Origin: Cyanidioschyzon merolae
Taxonomy: Eukaryota
Assembly (NCBI GenBank): GCA_000091205.1
Contig: AP006497.2
Reading direction: 5' to 3' (one strand)
Length of the DNA: 64,000 bases
Within the stretch, counting starts at the first letter, position 1, and the number at the start of each line of letters is the position of its first letter. Made by a program: the position numbers and the translations under genes. The notes below the pieces were generated by a model, which worked only from the letters and a program-made list of their open reading frames with translations, searched no databases and was not told the origin of the DNA. This document shows positions 32,001 to 38,237 of this stretch, in pieces.

Positions 32001-32922
32001 GGAAAGTTTGGGAAATGTTGCTTCGCGTGAGCTGGCGCTCGAGTACCGCCTCGATGCGTTCAAGCGTGCGTGCCTGTCGCTACCGGACTCGGTGCTGGCG
32101 CACTGGGCTGCAGCCTCGCTGCCGGATGCGAATTCGCTTTTCATGGTGCGTAAGCGATTTGCGCTGAGTCTGGGAACCTCGTCGTTGCTCCTGTATCTCT
32201 TGGGGGTGGGTTCACGGACACCAATGCATATTGGGATTCATGGAAGCACTGGTGATGTGGTGCATCTGGAGACGCACCCCATTGTGGTGAGTCGCGGTCA
32301 GCAGGTTTACATTGGATTTGATGAAGCGGTTCCGTTCCGATTGACGAGGAATATTCGGAGTCTCATTCGCCTGACGGGAGTTGAGGGCCCCTTTGCTGGC
32401 TCGATTGCGGCGACGTTGAATGTTGTGTATCGTAACTGGGCGCTTCTGCGGGACCTCATGGGCATCGTTTACACAATGGAGCTCTTTGAGAGAACCAGTC
32501 GAGAGACGCTCCGTGTTGAGGATCTGGCGCAGGCGGTGGAAGAGAGCCTTGTGCGGAGCTGGGCCCGAGTCGAGCCGCTGCCGTTCTCGGCAGCACCGCT
32601 GGTTCAGTCACCAACAGCACCAGCGTACGCTGCGGCAACGGCAACGGCAACGGCAAACGGGAAACGCGTACCACACCCAGAGTCCAGCCACGGTGGTGAT
32701 CATGATCATGATCATGATCATGATCACGAGGTGACGCAGACCCTACCACCGCCTGTGAATACAAAAGCGAATGGCCTCGAATTCGCGGAGCGTTGCGGGC
32801 CGGCGACCTCGGTTCGCGACGAGCCCGAGGGTGTCGCTCGCCGCGTCGCTGAACTCATTGCGAACGCTGGTGACCCTGCGCACTTGTCGCAGATGGAGCC
32901 GCTGTGGTATCCATGGTTCTAA
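20083..32922 (+). CDS. TRA1: TRRAP/Tra1-family PIKK pseudokinase (transformation/transcription domain-associated protein), a SAGA/NuA4 scaffold, read as a single 4279-aa ORF
   Basis: This is a 12.8-kb uninterrupted ORF with long HEAT/FAT-type helical repeats. The C-terminal PI3K-like domain lacks the catalytic DRH/DFG signature ('GVGSRTPMHIGIHGSTGDVVHLETHPIVV'), as expected for TRRAP. It ends in the FATC motif '...DPAHLSQMEPLWYPWF*'. Low-complexity inserts are encoded by (ACG)n poly-Thr at ~30219-30248 and ~30818-30843, poly-Ser near 30700, and (GATCAT)n 'HDHDHDHDHDHE' at 32698-32727. Confidence 0.9.
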   Translation: MPSSPTPGELRARLEDPQLTSAERLKLLIELRENIEWFQSTDYQQFLDQLIPCFEQILTTLTRPQLEENAEQALRRTVLEVLSRLPHGEALRPHARRLLQMCQYVLDVDDAEPNAVLALQIMFECHKAYRPQLAAAIPPFLDFVLRIYGVFEWRESDDDSLVAEDTGQQDTYLEPGLEQDGSVEAASRNRPTNVRYAPALRSYRTVRECPPLFMYLSQHYPALIEPRLDELLAVMVRAIEIQVPPTSPARALPIYHDFITAQMKTVSFISFLLRQFESRMLQYAERVPRSVVNLLLNCPDSAVSIRKELLIASRHLLATEFRRGFFLQTDLLLDEKVLIGTSRAAYETLRPLAYSFLAELVHFVRLEVTLPQLSRIIYLFSTNVHDASLSFSMQATSIRLLLNLIEGIMHRREDLNTRGRQLLERIFETIVTKLMEVAEVVPSLLVSTGAADGNDAEDKANGSASSQRASSPIPEPSASTETGAMRPSAVPDEKSQEERSKEVQECRQLVRTLVLGLKTIVWSMSNAFGDSRTRGLTEWECILVSRMLPAARTCFQLYKFGEPAEQKEILDQFAQVFTVMTPRNFQDIIGGRLPQLLAFMVEHQTALSIPQHFLANTSTSRFFADILITFLTEHLEQVVSDDAARASVLLRLFKIMFASVTLFADNEPVLKPHLGTIVRRCLELAATAENPTNALQVLRALFKSLAGGRFELLYREFVPMLYYLLHSLERLMQGPLGESHGLLLIELCLTAPARPSTIFPYLRMHMRPLVRGLDSESELTSLSFRTFEFWIDTLHPEVLERLMQAVQPELERALWRYLSPTSPFSAQAVRILGKLGGLNRKTPRELTPLPWQQPVQAIHAALAWCDRAEPLTVALDEVINAAVDAVLFQASYKVAAYTLLQQVMIAALSSALPPQIKGCPADLLPASVYTMTSAFPRLQVSKTIYTRMLTALFFASGDDALQQTRNAVEFARQLCDYFCRIWMAPVLMEKSTLSALEAAALNAHRTPPENITEWTRFPAAVTIDCFLDALVEAAVLQQKTLDLAAAAKDLNLFALSRCVELFKGDFRGPQRPVVPASDAAEVAAPDSKPLTAAAKGARATEAPSAETAATTAVDAPEHESVDRLRDDHRGADTATCVDEEIAPPLHSVAGASRLTEQLALLVERISHLGYRERWQDRLSCAMLLAGIIEQLPTVVFLDRSYCLYEARLVRVLLQVLKGCAQEGMASRKPAPLVRQTLETLLRRCHEPTSPAWALEDVTSSTIPETDRPSKTNASTPRARCGDVVACLVFDLASEHQAVRETVHASLAQLLRYGVGQNMAEVLALAQTQILRPLLSRRVRTLHYSSQVGHVDCLHYCLENGIIRPFIDQETSLLRTSLVAAMEIFEDPINTRLGEADALMLNRLLENRFVDQETITAIVMLREKVLQFLALCLRQIDQLVHTPNEDIRSLYARLVACFFRGVESRHEAVTRAAKHGLRVFTERSRQLPRGILSSNLRPILQNLSDTNKLSLPYAQTLANVLEVLSNWFNVQLGERLVEHLMNLRAGNPRNPSLLAARIIDLFHLLPPAASRFLDRLIAIVLSFEDEMGPADTGAGHHGLQSRWAGSMSPYRAPLLRYLEKHANLAIGYFLERIRFANYALLFQSLLRAHNAENLRRELANDVSRFIAATFDRGHLLQGLLIVDALESFQAGWIATQRPIYNIALQIWQSAERLERLRREETLPVDQLAESSLLAHVILAYCAVHHGEVDGLYALLSIFSLRTLRDFSFVRRFLTETVAQSYPILYRKKIVERFLERYLDPELSDEVKMYALLYLVIPILRQAFRAGEGLAILDAVTLEVLVKRLFTSTPPASEALTDASADGGGGGDTAPMLASPAESDVLGEALLQLSTLLIEEMPIELVQYRREIIRFGWNYLKRDDSIAKPWAFLNVARFFEAYQAPEKIVLQVFVALLRASQSEQRALVRQALRIVTSILPSRLPATLGKARHAPWIRFTKKILVEESYSALHLAHIWSLVIDKQELFFPGYASLMPHMVNSLPRLVSGSVSAREHRRLALELAGLVVAWQQRLLQVGNNASISSNAPSENGESANASPQTGSAPMASPDVARRLEDLSAVTEVVLQFLIRLPFLVSEPGEHTELFTRARSLLVKAQRVWNHLGSERSPIAQMSCLDKLLDNLAATAAASPTTATGQTSASGTNTAAMPGAPAPAQSHSTTSTISTSTTSAGAASAAHHRTANAGTASATVAPPNNPRDAPASRAREALARSRRLVLEHIVELCELFLDWQGIRWILANSNSLRKLVRPVLAAGMLPLAYRFALLLCKLWLQIGDALRTPESTEDQRANLETVRRDLEQALFEALDIHSDTATLHRSLLLAQTLDPERFTTKHVELIVRILQILMRECLAGIQTNRRMVLIPAPASGDRPQASSSRAQLGTSAGRSSHPPEASVTGSGTGASWPAATGTVTKTGTFSTMTRLAQVAGESAPLGSVADPTASVKETKSAHVASGDEHLPAKGGFEYPGVANPLLVCLEILERLFHGLADYRRSFLQMLWVLLDKCCYSEVLMHVVRVLSQWILMDADDPGAFLQPKEKVHFLVKMTVFERITGAEAHLEAFLPLVLRLLAEPCHALPRDWLPRLERPFMIGLRASNPQLRQAFFQLLDESIIRNPVDRLYYIFEYQSWESLADSLWIRQATALLLALVQVPGSRIELTPDCVRLGCVSYRSGTAADDAMTWEVSRPGADAPTDAADAPRETLTKGAQRSPTDDAYVEAFAGAWTALDGHVDTNAFFEALHELLHHDVSTLQSLWTQLFGAVWSLLSDREERLAMQDALIALLCRDYLLTQCRWRVNVVQIILDAATKCAPQVVIPPQLALHLATHWNAWHIALTYLERRSRSSTLGVARHSDFVFDSLPDGHEFAGILDAKAELYRQLNEYDLYIGLWKRRAMDSRTLLALSLEQQGHLPAAQNLYYDAMTNTESRVAVTEAEAALWEDRWLHCAEELNQWDALTEFSRTVMHPTLLHEALWRLPDWAALKELLMKMPPEDSPRLKILQSFVQLQENRLDQVEPFISSGIRRALEEWQGLPENSSITAFEPSLVLFQQFVELSESASILQELNNALQNPTLLETHAENIRLVLAMWRDRQANHWDRLSDWNRLICWRNHVLTAVVHTLQGLRNRSRVDIPQPLLCMGINETAWNVNCYARAARKQRLSEVCMQALQRMYPYSTMDVQDFFMKTKEQAKAHLLLPSNDDVALRAGLVQLQHTNREYFNTRQKAYLSALEGEFYHRLGEFGAANQAFASSVREYGEHGGVWLRWARYCDQRGRLASAVHCYLQGIRFGSRQAREHLVSVFRIVFALDGASSNAVADSSSLEAMQTEQAAATTTTTTTTTGTADAAAPASPLTTTSAPVAVSSSSAAVSAGASAEVHASQTPSEGLGESRTDACDVCESFVGVLPVWIWVPWSHELISLLSLGRELKLLRHILLRVAGYYPEALFFQLRTFIEERRLLDRPTRMLCPRVDQIQLPVMHPLRSQVASGIPPSSSSSSSTSSAKRNDPTTITAAAAAAATTAGADRSRKPESTTTTTTTTLSAAGNEPSSVAASAGNTAGNSAQKDAENASASGANAASTGATPAPNQPRGSGTSALPSVEQNILSMLQLPLGDTPFEIADTVLAFMVKQHPQLLVELETIARELSLRMKPSAEEQVLHVLNALLHRCWSLPPLMHREVSSGMRSALEEVSKMCFGTGLAADEFHVPPTLADLREAFEAELAPQTAKNFPKTIEPFVALLRKWRGIFSRRVQAMPETLRLERVSRKLVDVRDSQLHVFGQLIQLAQEDGEPLPDLLVHIQSFSVDVQVVHHCGSSARGIAVTGSDGRQYRFLVETALGASLQRSEDRVGHVCRFMNALFQRDSEARRRRLVALVPFSLPLSPQARLVAYQENTLRIQHALQAFCECHGFDMDDTLVAFRDTCALRLESLGNVASRELALEYRLDAFKRACLSLPDSVLAHWAAASLPDANSLFMVRKRFALSLGTSSLLLYLLGVGSRTPMHIGIHGSTGDVVHLETHPIVVSRGQQVYIGFDEAVPFRLTRNIRSLIRLTGVEGPFAGSIAATLNVVYRNWALLRDLMGIVYTMELFERTSRETLRVEDLAQAVEESLVRSWARVEPLPFSAAPLVQSPTAPAYAAATATATANGKRVPHPESSHGGDHDHDHDHDHEVTQTLPPPVNTKANGLEFAERCGPATSVRDEPEGVARRVAELIANAGDPAHLSQMEPLWYPWF
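32698..32727 (+). repeat. (GATCAT)5 hexanucleotide microsatellite inside the TRRAP-like CDS, translated as an His-Asp repeat. Adjacent (GCAACG)3 at ~32635-32656 is translated as ATATATA.
   Basis: Direct reading: 'gatcatgatcatgatcatgatcatgatcac'. It is in frame and lies between the PI3K-like and FATC regions. Confidence 0.9.
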
Positions 32923-33424
32923 CGCATCGACAGCTGCAGTGGGGATGCAGGATACGCGCGACGGCGAGCTAGTTCGTTCACGAACGTTTCGTGATCGGAG
33001 CACGAGTAGCGCGCTCGCTGGAAACAAGGTTGAAGAGCGCACGAGTTGTTTCGGGGGATACACGAACAAGCGTTCCCGAGTCGATTCTGGATCGAGGCAC
33101 AGCTGCTTCGGGAAAGCAACGGATCAGTGAGCGCGATGTCAATGTCAATGACGACAACAAGAACAACAACGACGAGGTCCGGGCGTCTTGTTGTTCATAT
33201 GCGGCTGCAGGGTATCTTTAGTCGTATTGAATCATAGAACAGTATGATCGTGTATCCGTGTTCGGGGTAAATCTTACGCTGTGAATATAAACGGCGCGAA
33301 AGTGTTACTGGATCGTTGAACGACACTCTACAGGTGCGTTGCTCTAGGCGAGCCTCCGATGTCCTTTGCTGCTGACCACGAAGTTTTTTCCCATCGCACG
33401 TCATCAGCGTTCCAATACAATACC

Positions 33425-33636
33425 CACACACACACACAGACAGAGAACTCAATGGAACCTCGAAAGTTCGCTCAGTACAAGGCCGCTAGACGCTGCAGAA
33501 GCACGAGACATCTCCGGATGTTGATCGAGGCGTTCAACTGTGTGTCTACAGAGAAGGAAACGTCAGCGCATGTGGTTGTTCGCGGGAACACACACACACA
33601 CACACACACACAGACAGACACAGACAGACACACACG
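33425..33636 (+). repeat. Two AC-rich microsatellites, (AC)n(AGAC)n, at ~33425-33445 and ~33588-33636, flanking ~140 bp
   Basis: Direct reading: 'cccacacacacacacagacagaga' and 'aacacacacacacacacacacacagacagacacagacagacacacacgcc'. Confidence 0.9.
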
Positions 33637-36600
33637 CCACTGCAAACCTGTCAGGTTCGATTGCCTCGTCATCTGTGGTCCGGTCTGCCTAAAGTACACC
33701 ATTTCGTGGATCGCTCTCCGTTTTATGCTGTGCTTTTGTACCGGTTTCAGGGTGTAACCGGGCTTTTGATGCGTATCTTTCGTCGTGGACGCCTCCATGG
33801 GAATGGTACAGGGTGCGCTTCCTGCACTCGTTGGATGCTCTCGTCTGCGACACGCGATTACAGCCTTTGAGCGCTGCAGGATGCCCAGTGGTGCAGAATG
33901 GAACAAAACCACGCGACTCGATGGTCATTTGCTTTTCCAATTCATTGAAAAAGTTGGTGCATACATGCTCTCTGCCTCTGTACAACAGAGACCGTTCGCA
34001 ATTCTAGATCGATCCCGTGGAAACCGTCCAAGTATCGCCACATGCCCTTTATGGACGCGCGTATCCTCTCTAAACCGTAAAATTTCCTATACCAGTCAGT
34101 AGGTTTTTTCTGGAAGAGTGAAGTGAACGTACAATGCGAACAGAAGAGGGCGTACATCGTGACGCGCTCGAGAGTGCTCCGCATAGGGTTCGCATTTCAA
34201 GGTTGGTTTTGAGTTTTTTTGGTACCGCAGCTGGCGATATTCCAGGTGTCGACTCGATGCGGCGACCTGTAAAGTTAAGTTGGGAATCAAGTGTTCCATT
34301 CCCTGGACTTTTGCTCAGGTCGCACGGCGCATCCTGCCCCGCGCGCCAGCTGGGTTGTCGTGCGTAGCTTTCATCGACAAGTTCTGGATGAATGTGGATT
34401 GTTGGTTGTCCTGCGTCCGGACTCCTACGTACCGTTGCTTATCGACGTGCATCGAGAGAGTAGAGGCGACCGCTACTCGAATAAGAAGCCATACAATTGC
34501 TAATGGAGTACGGTCTTTCACTTTTCAGAGGAATCTCCCCGGTAATCGGTTATAGGAAGGAGGGGTTTAGAAGGGTTTCCGGCTGATCTTTCCACCCTGG
34601 CACTCTTCTCATTACTGTTCTTGCTTGTACTCTGTTCGGAAGGATGCTTCTCTTCATTGTCGGGCGGTTTGCGCGTTATATCCTTGGCTCGTCGGGGCGT
34701 CATCCATGAGGTCGCTGTACCCTGTATGCATTTTTCCACGCGATTCACATGTGTGGAGTTATCTGTCGGCCAGAGGCTGGTCTCGTCCATCCATGAATCT
34801 ACGAATCCTCGAGTACCTTTTCGTAGTTTTCTCTGTCGAAAGCACGCTCCAGGACCGGAGCGCATATATGCGCTCCGTGCTGCACTCAAACTGAAGAGCG
34901 ATAGTGCAGAACGGGGGCTCGTGAAGGTAGAGACCGACTTGTCGGAGAACAGAGCCACGGATGCGAACGCCGCATCGAGTGATTGAAGGTCGTATAAAAG
35001 GTGTTTGAGAAGAGATAGTTCGCCTTCGACTTAGTGAAACAGGGACAGAAAGCGGGTACGAAGTGCAGCTCAACGCTAGTCGCAGGCGCGTACTCCCTGA
35101 CCGCTGTTGCGTAATGTAAATCGACGTTGTCAAGAATCGTTACGAAAGATTTCCGGAAGCACAAGTCAGAGGGTGTTTCGGCGAAGGATTCGTTACTGAA
35201 CGCTCCTGAAGGTTAGGCGATTTGTAGTGTTCAAAGAACTAGATCGCTGCTGGGGCTCACGTTGTCGTCAAGCCAGGTTGTCTCGTCTTGATGGGCAGCA
35301 GTCCAGCGCTTCTTGAGTGCGCTTACACAAGTCGACTAATACTGCCGAGTAAATTCTGCTCGAATGAGACGGATACTTTTGACCCTTGTACGAAGAGCTC
35401 GAATTTCTCCTTGAAATTGATAGAATCTTGATCAGCGTGCGACGTTGTACCACGGAAACATGCGTGTTTCTTAGTCCTTCCGATTGTCTTCCTTGCGTAT
35501 GGAATCTCAAGTACGGAAACGTCGTATCTCGTGGCAGCTGCGGTAGTATTTTTCCGAACACGTATGGATTGGAACGGGTTCCCCGGGAGATGATTGTATA
35601 GATGAATTCTTGAAAGTTCTGAGTTCGGTGCATGATTCACAGAATCGGGACTGGATCAAGTGTGCTTCACACGCCTGCAGACAGCAGACGCCTGGTTTGC
35701 TCGTATTTTTGCGACCACGCGCTAGTTCACAAGAGTCTCATCTTCGCTTGACTGCGTGTGAGAAAACGGATAAAAACAGAAAACGCGTGCCGATGACCAT
35801 ATTCTAGAATTCAATGCGCTGCGAATGACCTGGGCATGTCGTGTGCAAGTCAGCCGATAGCGTTCTAAGTGCAGCATCGGCTGAGTGGACCGTATCACTT
35901 GGGTCAGCACAGAATGGGACACCGAACTGCTCGCGCTGTGTGTGCCTTGCGATTTTCGTCGCAACTTGGGCTTAGATATCTAGCTTCGACGTTCGGCATT
36001 GTAGCGGTATGAGGTTACGGGTTGATGGGAAGTTTCATCGCGCTCAGCAGTTCTTCAGGGGTGAATTTTCCGACTGTTCGACGCCTCTAGATCTTGTATA
36101 CAAGCCTCGACTCTGCTGTTTTCCTTAAGCGTACCATGTTCAAATCACGCATTCCTCAAGTTTTCGATCGTTCTGTTCCAAGGGAACTCGTGGGTGCAGC
36201 TGCTCGTGCGGCTGGACTCGCGAAGAGAGAAACTCGATGCTGCACCTAGGAAACTCCTTCAGATGTTCATGCCAAACGCCCAGTAATTGCCCTAAAAATG
36301 ATCGGTACCGTTCGAAAGACAAACCCACCACGCTTTACGTTCATCGACGAAAGAGCGTTCCATAGATGCGTGACATATGTAATGGGATATGCCTCCAGAG
36401 ACTCTATTTTCATCTGTTTATATGTCGTATTGTCTTGGACTCGAAGCTCGGTCACCGCGACATCGCGTGCAATGGAGCATCCGTTACCTCTTTGCACCAG
36501 GAGATCGAAGGTTATAGTCGGATGAAAAGTTTTCTCGACATCATCTCCTGCCTGAATGATCTCGTCGATACTTGCTTCATCATGGATCACATCGCATTCC

Positions 36601-37286
36601 ACAATTCTTCTTCTGATTGAGACAGCGTGCACTTGCGTGTTCAACGGATAAAGTACTCGCCGAGTGCATTCCCCGCAAAAGCCCCTGACCGTTGGGCACG
36701 ACATCGGTTTCGAACGCGGGAGCGGGCATCCAGCCCAGCCCTCTGTACACGTCAAGGGCTTCTACCGAGCGATGATGAAAGTCTCCACGCGCTACAGGTC
36801 AGCTCTTGGAGGAAAACGTGCGGTGGACATCTGGGAACACCTGATCGCAGCCAAGCTTCAATTTTACGAATGGCGAACCAGCGCTGTATGCAGAGAAGAA
36901 GAGCTTGGCAATCGACACGTAGATTCAACCGCGTAGCTGTACATGACATAAAAAAGCAGAATAGCCAGAGGTCGCGAAATGAAAAGGCGAGCGCTGCCGT
37001 CAACATCCTCTGACTGTTGACAAAGGAGCCAGAGATGCAAGAGAGATCGGCGTATTGAAAGACGACGATAACAAGAGAAAAGGAAGCAATCGCAGAAGAA
37101 GCCCACAAAAATTAGAATTCACGATCGTTGAAAGATATGCAAGCTTGATCGTATGCTTTCGAGTTTGCGCACTGCACGCACTCCATTTCATGCTCGTACG
37201 AGTCTAGCGCACGGGGTTGCGATGGATCCATCGAGACCCTGCAGCGCGCATCTTTCTCCAATGTCAAATTAATTCCAATAAATACA

Positions 37287-37919
37287 TTGAAATACAGTGT
37301 TGTATCGAAATGTGCTGGACATCATGGAGACGCGGCATGCGCGCAGTCGTCAGCATTCCAGCGAGCGTCTTGCAGGGCATCCAGCATACATAACTGCTTC
37401 GAAACGCGGTTGCGGTCCGTTCGACCGGCACCATCGCGTGCGCTCGTGTGTGCAGCGGTGGTGCTGGCCCTGCAGCAAGTGAGCTGGCGCTTGATGCATA
37501 CCTTGCACCTCGCAACGAAACAGCCGTTCGGCGTGCACTGTGTTGCAGTGTCGCCTAGGGGGCGCCGACGGCAGCAGCAGCAGCAGCAGCAGCAATATCC
37601 CCAAAAACGCACTGCAGGCGTGCCTCTCGCGTTTGGCGGCGGCTGGGAAGTCACCCTGGGATCGTTGCTTTCTACACTACTCGCCCTGGGGCTGGTGCTC
37701 TGGGCAGAACGAAGATCTTGCTCGGCTTGTCAGGGCACAGGCATGGCCCCGTGTCCATCCTGCAGGGGAACGGGCTGGGCGCCCGGCGCTCGTGCACAAG
37801 TCTGCGGACGTTGCGACGGCGTCGCACGCGTGCCTTGTCCGCGGTGTGCCGGGCGCCGGCCTCGTCAGCGGCAATCAAGCCGGCGATCGACAACATTCAC
37901 AACTCGAGGCGACAAGTGA
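37287..37919 (+). CDS. Small polyQ protein with a predicted TM helix and a DnaJ-type CxxCxGxG zinc-finger domain (BSD2/LQY1-like architecture)
   Basis: The 210-aa ORF contains 'RRRQQQQQQQQYPQ' from (CAG)8 at 37571-37594. A hydrophobic 'VTLGSLLSTLLALGLVLWA' follows. Then comes 'CSACQGTGMAPCPSCRGTGWAPGARAQVCGRCDGVARVPCPRCAG', four CxxC pairs with the CxxCxGxG spacing of the DnaJ cysteine-rich domain. The C-terminal tail is basic. Confidence 0.45.
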   Translation: MKYSVVSKCAGHHGDAACAQSSAFQRASCRASSIHNCFETRLRSVRPAPSRALVCAAVVLALQQVSWRLMHTLHLATKQPFGVHCVAVSPRGRRRQQQQQQQQYPQKRTAGVPLAFGGGWEVTLGSLLSTLLALGLVLWAERRSCSACQGTGMAPCPSCRGTGWAPGARAQVCGRCDGVARVPCPRCAGRRPRQRQSSRRSTTFTTRGDK

Positions 37920-38237
37920 AGAGGCACGGGAAATCGTCAACCGCTGTCGCAGAAAACGCCTTGGGGTCTGCGTAGATCGTAGTCATGGCGTTACAGAGCG
38001 CGGACGCTTCACCAGCACCGGGAATAGAAACCGCACTCGAGGGAGGCATGACGCCAGCGCCGCGAGCGCGTTACTCCTTCACGCGTCTCGGTAGCAACGA
38101 TGCTGCTAGTGATCCTGGTAGTCATGGTTTACGGACTGCGCTCGGTCCGATGCGCTAGCGTACTTATGACGACAGTGCCTGCTTATCATGGATTTCAGGA
38201 ATTGGGCTGAAGTACGGTGGGAGTCTCTCGAGACCGC

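Noticed and set aside
20208-32764. Dozens of 60-270-aa ORFs on the minus strand and in alternate + frames across the TRRAP-like gene (for example 30639-31403 -, 29825-30658 +, 29860-30360 -)
   Set aside because: They all lie wholly inside a 12.8-kb ORF with strong homology. They are Arg/Ala/Ser-rich, which is typical of GC-rich antisense translation, and they carry no motifs.
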